A DNA stretch of 32,000 nucleotides, taken from NCBI RefSeq assembly GCF_029919255.1, contig NZ_CP123991.1, positions 1,929,833-1,961,832 on the forward strand, read 5' to 3'. Numbering within the stretch: position 1 is the stretch's first letter; the number at the start of each line of letters is the position of its first letter. The DNA comes from a cyanobacterium endosymbiont of Epithemia clementina EcSB. Lineage in GTDB: Bacteria > Cyanobacteriota > Cyanobacteriia > Cyanobacteriales > Microcystaceae. The notes under the pieces are model-generated. The model saw only the letters and a program-made list of their open reading frames with translations. It was not told the origin of the DNA and searched no databases. A program made the position numbers and the translations under genes. Below, one piece after another: positions 1 through 8,973 of this stretch.

Positions 1-740
1 TAGAGTGGAGACCCAGGGAATCTGTCCTCATGATACGAAAAAACTTGCGGGGTTCCCATCCTCAATTTACGGCTTCTGCCAAGGAGGGTAAATATTATGC
101 TACTCAGCAGAAACTTGAATTTATAGGCAATATTATTGCTACCTCAAAAAAGCCTCGAATGCAACTGAAAACAGAACATCTACTCTGGAAGATTCCTGAA
201 CAAAAGGTAATTGGTGATCGTTTACTTAACATAGTTCGTTTCCAAGATAAAATCGTCACCGACAAACTAGTTGCTAACCGTGCTGAAGTTCATCTCAACA
301 CCAAACAGATCATTGTTAAAGACAATATTGAATTCAAATCAATTAAACCTCCGGTACAAGTAGCAACCAACGAATTTATTTGGAAATACGAAGTGCGTCA
401 AGTAACCTCTAGCAGACCCGTCAAATTAATTCACTATCAACAGGGAGTTATCGTCACTGGTAATCAAGCTGAGGTCGATCTCACTAATAGTATTGCTTAT
501 CTTCGAGGTGGTGTTCAAGGCAATAGCACCGCTAATGCCGCCAAACTATATTCAAACGATCTTACCTGGAATGTTGACACTCAGATCATCGAAGCCTTGG
601 GAAATGTCATTTACGAACAAACCAATCCTGACTTTAATTTAACTGGGGAAAAAGCTGTAGGCACTATACATGATAACAAAATTGTTGTCAGCGGCAATGC
701 TCAAGATCGAGTAGTAACGGAATTTTTCCCAAATAAATAA
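1..740 (+). CDS. LptC/OstA-like periplasmic LPS-export protein, probably 5'-truncated by the window edge
   Basis: ORF 30..740. The same frame has no stop back to base 3. The listed Met is not followed by a signal or TM segment, so the gene probably starts left of the window. The repetitive beta-strand-like pattern (VIGDRLLNIVRFQDKIVTDKLVANRAEVHLNTKQIIVKDNIEF; GVIVTGNQAEVDLTNSIAYLRGGVQG; LYSNDLTWNVDTQIIEALGNVIY) recalls cyanobacterial LptC-family proteins. The family call is from memory only. Confidence 0.45.
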   Translation, partial: EWRPRESVLMIRKNLRGSHPQFTASAKEGKYYATQQKLEFIGNIIATSKKPRMQLKTEHLLWKIPEQKVIGDRLLNIVRFQDKIVTDKLVANRAEVHLNTKQIIVKDNIEFKSIKPPVQVATNEFIWKYEVRQVTSSRPVKLIHYQQGVIVTGNQAEVDLTNSIAYLRGGVQGNSTANAAKLYSNDLTWNVDTQIIEALGNVIYEQTNPDFNLTGEKAVGTIHDNKIVVSGNAQDRVVTEFFPNK

Positions 741-759
741 CTTAAACTAACTGTTTTTC

Positions 760-1476
760 ATGAGAACGGTATTACTTATGAGTGTAATTACCTCTACTAC
801 TATGAATTCTTGCATTTTATTAGTACAACTTGACGAATCCTTTAATCAACGCGCAAAAGCTGATCTAATAGAAATTGGTTACACTCCAGTGATTGTATCC
901 GACGCTCATCAAGCTCTACTCGAAGTCAAAAAGCAACAACCGGCTATGATAGTTATTGATCGTCACCGCTCAAAAAAAGCTGGATTGACTTTGTGCCGTC
1001 AGTTGAGAAAGGTTCAAAACCGAGTATTGATTATTATGGTGCTTGATCAAGAAAGCGTTGAAGAAAGAGTGGCTTGTTTAGAGGCAGGAGCCGACGACTA
1101 TATATTAACAGCTTATCATACTGAAAACCTGCTTAGGTTAGTCCATTTTTATTTAACTACTAGTGAAACAGTTACTGAAAGACTTCAATTTGATAATTTA
1201 ATATTGAATTTGAATAACCGCCAACTTTTTATTAATGAAATAGCCATTGATTTGACGATGAAGGAATTTGAATTACTTAAATACCTCATGTCTCATCCTA
1301 AAGAAATATTAACACGAGATAAAATTTTGGAAAATGTTTGGGGATATGATTTTCAAGGCGAATCTAATGTAATCGAAGTTTATATTCGTTATTTACGCTT
1401 AAAAATAGAGATTAAAAATCAAAAACGATTGATCCACACTGTTCGCGGTGTTGGCTATGTTCTACGAGAAGGATAG
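760..1476 (+). CDS. OmpR/PhoB-family response regulator with a degenerate (pseudo-)receiver domain, NblR-like
   Basis: The C-terminal winged-helix motifs are clear (LTMKEFELLKYLMSHPKEILTRDKILENVWGYDF, VIEVYIRYLRLKI, IHTVRGVGYVL). The N-terminal receiver fold is present but non-canonical (ILLVQLDES, AMIVID, IIMVLD, GADDYILTAYH). The likely true start is ATG 802 (MNSCILLV) rather than 760. Confidence 0.85.
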   Translation: MRTVLLMSVITSTTMNSCILLVQLDESFNQRAKADLIEIGYTPVIVSDAHQALLEVKKQQPAMIVIDRHRSKKAGLTLCRQLRKVQNRVLIIMVLDQESVEERVACLEAGADDYILTAYHTENLLRLVHFYLTTSETVTERLQFDNLILNLNNRQLFINEIAIDLTMKEFELLKYLMSHPKEILTRDKILENVWGYDFQGESNVIEVYIRYLRLKIEIKNQKRLIHTVRGVGYVLREG

Positions 1477-1565
1477 TCAGAAAAAAGGGAGACAAGGGGA
1501 AAAATCCTACTTTGTATTTCTTGTCTTAATCTTTAACTGTAATTGTTGATAAACACTGACGTAAG

Positions 1566-2105
1566 ATGGGACTTACAATGAAATTATCGATTTCCTTAAC
1601 CTCAACTGTTATTATTGCTATTTCATCTTTTGGATATTCTTTACCAGAGCGGACTCAATCCCAGTCTAGTGAGGTTGAGAAGACATTGGAAATCATTGCC
1701 CAAACCCAAGGTCAAAGTCTCCCTGTGGAAGCAAAGGCAATGATCAATGGACAAGTGATTGAATTAGAAGTTGCTCAAACTCCAGAACAACAAAGCATCG
1801 GATTGATGTATCGGGAGTCTTTAGCAGATAATCGAGGAATGCTCTTTGTTTTTGAGCCTGCAAGGCCGGTAAGATTTTGGATGAAGAATGTTAACCTGTC
1901 CCTAGACATGATTTTCCTATTCGATGGAGAAGTCAAACAGGTGGTAACTAATGTTCCCCCTTGTCAAGAAGACCTCTGTTCTACCTACGGACCTATTCTT
2001 AACACCGATATCGATATGGTGATTGAATTACGGGGGGGACGTGCTGCACAATTAGGTATTGAATCAGGCGATCATATTCATATTGAATTTTTCACTTCTT
2101 TTTGA
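1566..2105 (+). CDS. DUF192-domain protein with N-terminal signal/anchor
   Basis: It has a hydrophobic N-terminus (MKLSISLTSTVIIAISSFG). The DUF192 core is LEVAQTPEQQSIGLMYRESLADNRGMLFVFEPARPVRFWMKNVNLSLDMIFL ... VIELRGGRAAQLGIESGD. An alternative start is ATG 1578. Confidence 0.8.
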   Translation: MGLTMKLSISLTSTVIIAISSFGYSLPERTQSQSSEVEKTLEIIAQTQGQSLPVEAKAMINGQVIELEVAQTPEQQSIGLMYRESLADNRGMLFVFEPARPVRFWMKNVNLSLDMIFLFDGEVKQVVTNVPPCQEDLCSTYGPILNTDIDMVIELRGGRAAQLGIESGDHIHIEFFTSF

Positions 2106-3537
2106 CATTCCTCTAGAAATACTCTTCCTTAGGAGTCGCGCAAGCACACTGCACAGACCTTTTTGGCTTAGCATAGGATGTTACTGTTTCACTGAACTCT
2201 TCTAGATAGAAAAAAAATGTTGCTATTTATCTACTTCCGTCAAGATATTTCCATACTCGTCACTACCGACTGTCCATGGGCTGTGAATGTATAGCTTTTT
2301 AATCATCAGAAAAACTTTTTTTCTGTTTCGAATTTTTTAGCATTGTTGATTGCCAGACACAACCTACGTACGCGTGTACCCATCAGCGAGAGTAATAAGG
2401 TTCGCCCTTTAATTTCTTGGCGTGTTTCCAAGTGTCTATTAGACTAGTTTTAGTCTAGCTTAGTCGTTAAGTACTGAGTAGCTTTCACCCTGAGACCGCA
2501 ATATTGCGCTTATTTTTCTTTCCCTGCGGGAAGCTAAACAGAAAAGTCTTAATCTTGTTTAACAAAGTTAAAAATTAGTGTCAAATTTATGCTAACTAAT
2601 GTCTCTATTAGTTTTGAGCTTTGTTTGAGCTTCTCATGCTAGAGTATTTTCTCATTCTTTCAGTACGAGTTGGCAATTTATCCACTGCCTTAATAGTTCT
2701 TAACATAGTGTTGTTGATTTATGTCTTACTACTCATTCCTTCTATCTCGAAGAATAAATCCTTAAGTCGACGATTCGTAGATGTAATATCTCCTCAAATA
2801 AAGGACAAAGTCGACCAAAATACTAGTCTACCTTAAGTAAAATTAAGTCCTATCCCGTAATGGAAAGTTCAGTGGATAGATGGTGTGAGTAAGAATAATA
2901 CGAAAAAACTCAAAGAAGCTTTTAGGATTTTTATCCATCTAGAGTTGATAAATAAGGAACGAGTAAACGTAGCCACGCGTACATATTTCTACATGTTAGT
3001 TATTTTCATTAGCTTCCTAACATATAAAGAGTTTGCTCTTGAGGAAGAACATTCCCTAACGATTAACTATATTTTGCCTCAATGTTGACATAACGATCAC
3101 GGTAGACTACAAAGTGAAAATTTAATCAGTCGTTACCACTCTTAGGACATAATCATCCTCAACGATCAAGGAACAATTAAAACTCAAAGATGAAACCTAC
3201 ATAAAAAATCAGAAAAGACGATGTCAAATACCACATTATAAACAATTATTACTTTTGTTGGATAAAGACTTAGCTCTTTCTAAGAATTAAATTGCTGTTG
3301 TTCAACTGAACGTTGAACAAACTTAAGAGCCCCCAATGGTCCTATGGCAGTATAGATTAGTAAATCTTAAAGAATTAGATCAAATTTATGACTGGTTAGA
3401 ACAGATCTGAGTTTAATTTGATCACGGTTAGTTAACTTGTCTTATTAAAAATCAAGAGAGAGTGCAAGGAATAAACTCAAAAGTGGATAGGCTCAGAGAA
3501 CTAAGATAAAATGTTCTGATAACTTCTGGCTTAAACT

Positions 3538-4335
3538 ATGTTTCAAACTCAAGAATTACGGATTGGTTGGCTATATCCCACTTTAATGAGTACCTATGGT
3601 GATCGAGGTAATGTCATCTGTCTTCAACGTCGTTGTCAATGGCGTGGACTCAATGTTACTATCGTCCCTATAACTCAGCAAACAGAAGCCTCGATGTTTA
3701 AAGAAATCGATATCATTGTCGGAGGTGGGGCCCAAGATCGTCAACAAGAGATTGTGATGCGAGATTTGCAAGGGGCTAAAGCTGAGGCTTTTAAAGATAA
3801 AATTGAAGAAGGAACCCCTGGAGTGTTTACCTGCGGTTCTCCTCAACTTTTAGGCCATTACTATGAACCTGCTTTAGGACGACGCATTGAGGGGTTAGGG
3901 TTACTAGATTTAGTTAGTAAACATCCCGGATTAAATGTATCTCGTTGTGTTGGTGATGTTGTCTTTGAAATCACTCCTAGTCCCCTAGCAGAAGCTTTAA
4001 GAAAACAATTAGGAAAACCTCCGATTATCATCGGGTTTGAGAATCATGGAGGGCGGACTTATTTAGGAAAAGTTGAACCATTAGGAAGAGTGATTAAAGG
4101 GTATGGGAATAACGGAGAAGATGGTTATGAAGGAGCTTTTTATCGTCATGTGATCGCTACTTATTGCCACGGGCCTTTGTTACCTAAAAATCCTTTTGTT
4201 GCTGACTGGTTAATTCAAACGGCTTTACAAGAAAAATATCAAGCCGAAATTTCCTTAGACCCTCTTAATGATTCTCTTGCAGAACAAGCTAGGAAAGCTA
4301 TGTTAAAACGTCTTGAAGTTGGTTATGTAGGATAA
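3538..4335 (+). CDS. CobB/CobQ-like type-1 glutamine amidotransferase, GatD-like (lipid II isoglutaminyl synthase amidotransferase subunit family)
   Basis: Motifs seen: LRIGWLYPTLMSTYGDRGN, DIIVGGGAQDRQQ, nucleophile-elbow Cys in FTCGSPQLLG, and His motif GFENHGGRTYLG. The 265-aa length fits the family. No intact partner Mur-ligase-like gene is adjacent. Confidence 0.7.
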   Translation: MFQTQELRIGWLYPTLMSTYGDRGNVICLQRRCQWRGLNVTIVPITQQTEASMFKEIDIIVGGGAQDRQQEIVMRDLQGAKAEAFKDKIEEGTPGVFTCGSPQLLGHYYEPALGRRIEGLGLLDLVSKHPGLNVSRCVGDVVFEITPSPLAEALRKQLGKPPIIIGFENHGGRTYLGKVEPLGRVIKGYGNNGEDGYEGAFYRHVIATYCHGPLLPKNPFVADWLIQTALQEKYQAEISLDPLNDSLAEQARKAMLKRLEVGYVG

Positions 4336-4737
4336 AAGCAGTTCACGGTGAAATATCTATTAAGCTTTTAAATACTAACGACACTATTTCCTTTACTAGT
4401 CTATTTATCAGTAACCCTTTTACGCCGATCAATAAGAATATTCAACAATTTTTAAACTTTATCCATCAAGATAAATTTAGTTAATTGAGTTAAAAATCAT
4501 CATATTTTATTTATCAAAATTTTATTGACAGCAACCGATAAAGATTTTTGATTTTGGAGCAGTAAGGCAGAACCCTAGGTATTATTAAAAAGAATTTTTT
4601 CTTTTAAAGAGTATTATTTTATCTAGGTTGTTATATATAAACTGCCAATTCTAAATTGTTTTAAAATCTGGAGATTTAAGTGAAAGATACTATAGTTAAT
4701 ATCCACTTTTTTCTACAATTTTTATAAAAATTTACCC

Positions 4738-4760
4738 TATATAAAACCTGGTTTTATATA
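4738..4760. repeat. Palindrome, 11-bp arms
   Basis: TATATAAAACC-T-GGTTTTATATA. Confidence 0.7.
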
Positions 4761-4841
4761 CCGAAATAATGAAATTTTCTGTTCATAATTAAGTTATTAA
4801 ATTTGGAAATCACTAAGCGTTAAATAAAACTATATTTTAAC

Positions 4842-4861
4842 TTATCTAAATATTTAGATAA
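4842..4861. repeat. Perfect 20-bp palindrome
   Basis: TTATCTAAAT|ATTTAGATAA. Confidence 0.7.
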
Positions 4862-5169
4862 TCAAAATTACCATTCAAAAAACATAACTGACTCTATTTC
4901 TTTTTTTATTTTTAATAATAGCATTTTCTTACTCTAGTCGTATAACCATATGGATGTTTTTTCAAAAATTAAATACAGCTAAAGCCATATTTAATTCAAT
5001 ACACCCTTCTATTTTCAAAAATATTTTCTAGTTTTTCACCTTAATGCTTATTATTCTAGTTTAAAATTTCCTAATATTTGTAAGTTTTTTCTGGTTATTT
5101 CTTATTTGTTATACATACAACTTATATATTATTCTGTAATATTATTATTCTATAATTTGGCTATTTTTA

Positions 5170-5219
5170 TTTAAGTTAGATCGTTATTTTTTGAGCAAAA
5201 AATAACGATCTAACTTAAA
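5170..5219. repeat. Perfect hairpin, 23-bp arms and 4-nt loop
   Basis: TTTAAGTTAGATCGTTATTTTTT (5170-5192), loop GAGC, then AAAAAATAACGATCTAACTTAAA (5197-5219). It lies in the convergent gap between the gatD-like gene and the ferredoxin-like pseudogene. Confidence 0.95.
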
Positions 5220-5379
5220 CTTTTGTTTGCTTTCAAGTTTACTATATTTTCCTGATTTGTTAGTTTTTTCTGAATATTTTCCTATTTCGTCTGTTTTTTT
5301 AGACTATTAATTAAAAGTATTATCAATTTTTAATAAACGATAAACTCTAATCTTTACATATGCAGGGTTTAGTTTCAAG

Positions 5380-5648
5380 TTAAACTGGTTCATTAACCAA
5401 TGTTTGACAGGATAAGTGATAATTATCGGGCTTTTTCTTAAGTGCACACTTTTCAAAATCTGTTCGTGGTGACCAATTTTCTACCCCTTCAACAATTTCT
5501 ACGATACAAGTCCCACATTGACTATAGCCCCCACAATTAATGAGTTTTCCCTTTAGAGATCAATCTGGTTTTGTAGAGCCTTTTCTCTGAGGTTAGCTCC
5601 TTGAGCCGCGACAATATCTTTATTTTCCTTAACAAAAAAAATAGTCAT
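5380..5648 (-). pseudogene. Small 2Fe-2S ferredoxin-like gene (CGG-x-x-QCGTC type) disrupted by one 1-nt deletion
   Basis: The minus strand reads ATG(5648) [31 protein letters not shown] then TAA. Shifting one base continues [57 protein letters not shown] to the stop at 5380-5382. The total is 269 nt (3x90-1). The junction GATCTCTA-AAGGGA looks like GAT CTC TAx AAG GGA with one base lost. All four Cys are retained. Confidence 0.8.
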
Positions 5649-5754
5649 CTGCTTTTATCATCCGAATCTAAGTTTTTAACATTCTTCCATAATTTTTATA
5701 AGTTTTAAGACTCGGCTAATCTTAACTAACAATTTTGTTTCAGTTCAGTAGTAT

Positions 5755-6525
5755 TTATGTAATTCTAACAGGAACTTGGCGATCACGTAAGTATTCTTTG
5801 ACTTCACCAATGGACAACTTACCGCAATGGAGTAAAGAAGCTAATAAAGCTGCTTCAGCACGACCTTTAGAGAAGGATTCATAGATATGTCTACAATTTC
5901 CCGCTCCTCCAGAGGCAATTACTGGAATTTCTACTAGTTCAGCGATAGTGCGAGTTAATTCCAGATCATATCCAGCCTGAGTTCCATCCGCATCCATACT
6001 GGTTATTAACAATTCCCCTGCACCCCGTTTTTCCGCGTTTTGTGCCCACTCGATGGCATCTATCCCTGTACTTTCCCGTCCTCCTCGCACATAGACTTCC
6101 CAGCCGTCATTATCAGGATATTTGCGCCGTCTAGCATCAATAGCAACTACGATACACTGTTTACCAAAGCGATCACTAGCACGGTTGATAAAATCAGGTT
6201 TACGAACAGCGGCGGAGTTAATACTAATTTTATCAGCTCCGGCCCTTAACAGATTTTTGATGTTTTCTAGGGTTTGAATGCCACCCCCAACGGTTAAAGG
6301 GATGAAAATGGCTTCGGCAGTACGATAAACGACATCAATAATGGTGTCTCGTCCCTCATGAGTGGCAGTAATATCGAGAAAGACTAATTCATCAGCCCCA
6401 GCATCATTGTAGACTTTTGCTAATTCCACAGGATCTCCAGCATCTTGGAGATTAAGAAAATTAACACCTTTGACCACGCGACCGGCACTAACATCGAGAC
6501 AAGGTAAAATTCGTTTAGCTAACAT
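5755..6525 (-). CDS. hisF: Imidazole glycerol phosphate synthase cyclase subunit HisF
   Basis: Full-length 256-aa match to the HisF pattern: [47 protein letters not shown]...IPLTVGGGI...[12 protein letters not shown]...IVVAIDA...[17 protein letters not shown]...[22 protein letters not shown]...[10 protein letters not shown]. Confidence 0.97.
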   Translation of the reverse strand: MLAKRILPCLDVSAGRVVKGVNFLNLQDAGDPVELAKVYNDAGADELVFLDITATHEGRDTIIDVVYRTAEAIFIPLTVGGGIQTLENIKNLLRAGADKISINSAAVRKPDFINRASDRFGKQCIVVAIDARRRKYPDNDGWEVYVRGGRESTGIDAIEWAQNAEKRGAGELLITSMDADGTQAGYDLELTRTIAELVEIPVIASGGAGNCRHIYESFSKGRAEAALLASLLHCGKLSIGEVKEYLRDRQVPVRIT

Positions 6526-6621
6526 TTGGACGAGTTTTTTGGGTAAATATGATGTATTTAGTAGTTTATTTCTGATTTTAGACTTAAAAAGTAATCACAG
6601 AAATAAGAGTTTATTTTCAGT

Positions 6622-7845
6622 TTAATTGTTCAGAGTTTCAATGTTTACTTCTCCTTTTTCGGTCATCCAAACGAGAGTTTTGATGTGATTTTTCAACGCA
6701 TAATTACGAATTTCTTCGGGAGAACGTCCTCCCAATTCTAGGGCTACCCTTAACTTTTCTGATGATTGTCTAAGTTGTTGAGCATAACTCAAGGCCATTG
6801 ATTGAGTCCGAGAAGTTTGAGCAATCACGAGGGAATCAATTAGAGGAGGAGTTTGCGGCAAAATAGCAGTGGTTAATAAACAAGTGTATATGTCTTCAAG
6901 ATTGAAAGAAAATCCAATACCTGGAGCTGATGTTTGCTGAGGATGGTAAACCCCAAGAAGTTTGTCATAGCGTCCACCCTGACCTAAAATTTGTAATTGG
7001 TTGTTGTTTTTTCCAATAGCTTTAAACACAATTCCTGTATAGTAATCAAAGGTTTGAATTAAACTTAAATCTAAGGTAAATGGAAAGGGTTTTGACCAGC
7101 TTGTTTCAATTAGTTCGACCAAGGCTCTTAGATTATTAACACTTTTTTGTCCAGCCTTATCCAACTCTAATTGGACAACTTTTTGGAGTACCTGAGCAGG
7201 AGTTCCCCGTAAATCAAACAATAATTTTCCTCGTTGTTGTAAGTCAACAGAAGGGTAGTCAAGATTTTCTAGGGTGACATAGTCAAGTTGAGCTAAACAT
7301 TGACGCACTTGACTTTTGAGGGAACCTGGAAAGGGTTCAAGAAGTGATCGCGTGAGACTAGCTTCTCCTAAAATGAGATGCCAATGGGGAATTCCTAACT
7401 GTTCGAGACAATCAGCGACTAATAATAAAATTTCCGCATCCGCTAACACTCCTCCCGAAAAAAGCAATTCTACCCCTGCTTGATAAAACTCTAATTGTTT
7501 TCCGTGATGACCAACCGGAGGATCCCGAAAAACATTAGCACGATAACAGAGGCGTTGAGGATAAGTGGTATCAGCCATGCGAGTAACAGCAGTTCTGGCA
7601 ATCGAGGCAGTTAGTTCTGGCCGCAATCCTAATTGCCCTGTAGAACTATCCTGTAGTTGAATAACCGTTGAAGGATCAATAGCTCCTCCGGCCATCAATG
7701 TTTCTAACCATTCAATGGTGGAAGTGACAACACGTTGATATCCCCATTGTCCAAAGACTTGTTGAAGAAGATCATTAATCCAAGCCTTTTGTACGACTTC
7801 GAGAGGAAGTAAGTCTCTTGCTCCTGCAGGTGGTTGATGAATCAT
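6622..7845 (-). CDS. hisZ: ATP phosphoribosyltransferase regulatory subunit HisZ (HisRS paralogue)
   Basis: Motifs seen: PAGARDLLPLEV, WGYQRVVTSTIEWLETL, LGLRPELTASIARTAV, QRLCYRANVFR, LEFYQAGVELL, DAEILLL. This is the HisZ rather than HisS pattern. The gene is 407 aa and lies next to hisF. Confidence 0.85.
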   Translation of the reverse strand: MIHQPPAGARDLLPLEVVQKAWINDLLQQVFGQWGYQRVVTSTIEWLETLMAGGAIDPSTVIQLQDSSTGQLGLRPELTASIARTAVTRMADTTYPQRLCYRANVFRDPPVGHHGKQLEFYQAGVELLFSGGVLADAEILLLVADCLEQLGIPHWHLILGEASLTRSLLEPFPGSLKSQVRQCLAQLDYVTLENLDYPSVDLQQRGKLLFDLRGTPAQVLQKVVQLELDKAGQKSVNNLRALVELIETSWSKPFPFTLDLSLIQTFDYYTGIVFKAIGKNNNQLQILGQGGRYDKLLGVYHPQQTSAPGIGFSFNLEDIYTCLLTTAILPQTPPLIDSLVIAQTSRTQSMALSYAQQLRQSSEKLRVALELGGRSPEEIRNYALKNHIKTLVWMTEKGEVNIETLNN

Positions 7846-8125
7846 GGTTTTCTTTCGCCTATTGCTTTGTATTGTTTTGCCCCAAAAAGGGGAGGTTAAA
7901 GTTCTGTCTTTTAGCCTAGCTTAGGATTGCCTTTTACCAGTGGAGTATAAACTACTTCTTTTTCCCGAACAAAGAGCTAAACAGTTTTCCCTCAATTGAT
8001 TTATCAGAAGATTTGTGTTTGTCATTGCTCATTAGTTGATCAAGAGATTTTTTAGCTTAAATAACCACCAGGTGTTTAGAGTTTCCTTGCGGAGCTTTAT
8101 TGATATGAACCCTAGTCATGGTGAG

Positions 8126-8640
8126 TCAATTTTCTTCAAAAGAAGCTAATCCGAGTGCTTCATGACATACTGAATTATTTGGTTCAGTTTTCAGGGCTTC
8201 TCGTAATTCTATAATGGCTTGGGACATTATATTCTTGGCGCTCAAGATGTCAACGCGCCCGTCTAATGACAGAATAAACAACGGAAACAAAAGTTTTTTC
8301 AATCTATAGCTGTTGTTTAGGGTCTTCTAGATCAAATTTAGGTTTAGGCAGTTCAGGAGAAGGTTTAATTCTAGTTTTTTCCCTTGCCGCATTCATTATT
8401 TAGATAAACTAAATTCAATTCATCAAGTTTACAGTGTTTACCAATGCTTGAGCCAAGTCCTTATACTGTTCATAAATTAAGGATTTAATTAACTTTTAGA
8501 TAAATTCAATGAGTGTTTTGAGTCACTGTAACCTGAAATAATTTGTAGGCAGTTTTAGCGCCTAAAGTAATATAGCTCAGCATCTCCGGCTAAATCCAGA
8601 CCATTCAAGCTGGCCTTTTGAGGGGGTTTTCTAGGCAGGA
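8126..8640 (-). pseudogene. TPR-repeat protein fossil (multiple in-frame stops)
   Basis: One minus-strand frame reads ..LDLAGDAELYYFRR*NCLQIISGYSDSKHSLNLSKS*LNP*FMNSIRTWLKHW*.. and ends ..SQAIIELREALKTEPNNSVCHEALGLASFEEN*. Both parts fit the TPR consensus (AEAYYNRG.AY...G.Y..AI..F.KAI.LNP). Codon starts at 8638 and 8128 are in phase (510 nt apart). The upstream limit is unclear. Confidence 0.45.
8226..8253 (-). promoter_or_regulatory. Perfect sigma70-type consensus promoter motif (TTGACA-16 nt-TATAAT) pointing toward hisZ
   Basis: The minus strand reads TTGACA (8253-8248), then TCTTGAGCGCCAAGAA, then TATAAT (8231-8226). It lies inside the TPR fossil, about 380 nt upstream of the hisZ ATG. 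Function is untested and a chance match is possible. Confidence 0.3.
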
Positions 8641-8973
8641 TTAACTTATTGTTATAACAAGTTATTCTCTAGTTTCTTCCTGTTTTCTATTTTCCCCTTA
8701 CAGGTATTAAAATGAAGACAAAAAGCAACTTTCAGGTAACGTTGGGAAATTTACTTGATATCCACATCTATCGGAAGCCCAAGAATTGTATAGTAATAGT
8801 GGTAGATGAGATCATATTTAAATAGTCCTTGTTAAATAGGAAGGCTTACGCCAAATTTTAAGCCCACCCCTTCAGTGACTGAAACTTTTCTTTTTTCTTA
8901 TGTCGTTATCATCTCTACTGTGTCTTCAAACACCAAATTTCTAGCTGTATAACTAGGATCACCTAGCGCTCGA

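Noticed and set aside
2640-2700. A possible MurT P-loop remnant (ILSVRVGNLSTALIVLNI versus LVTGTNGKTTT), plus a Cys-rich string at 2340-2440 considered as a zinc-ribbon remnant.
   Set aside because: The residue matches are poor. The order and positions are also inconsistent with MurT domain order relative to the putative C-terminal remnant at 3261-3410.
2621-3088. ORFs 2621-2836 (71 aa, hydrophobic) and 2885-3088 (67 aa) in the desert upstream of the gatD-like gene.
   Set aside because: Both start at non-ATG codons (TTG, GTG), lack an SD, are low-complexity AT-driven sequence and match no family I recognise. They are probably chance ORFs in decayed DNA.
3583-3846. Track ORFs lying antisense to, or out of frame within, well-supported genes. 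They are 3583-3846, 6040-6249, 12095-12289, 12659-12853, 12877-13065, 14027-14260, 14350-14589, 15261-15467, 16328-16651, 17573-17773, 22961-23173, 29225-29428, 29248-29460 and 29259-29450.
   Set aside because: These are shadow ORFs inside hisF, bamA, purC, ndhB, rsmI, hypD and the gatD-like gene. They have no recognisable motifs, and the overlapping frame carries the clear family signature.
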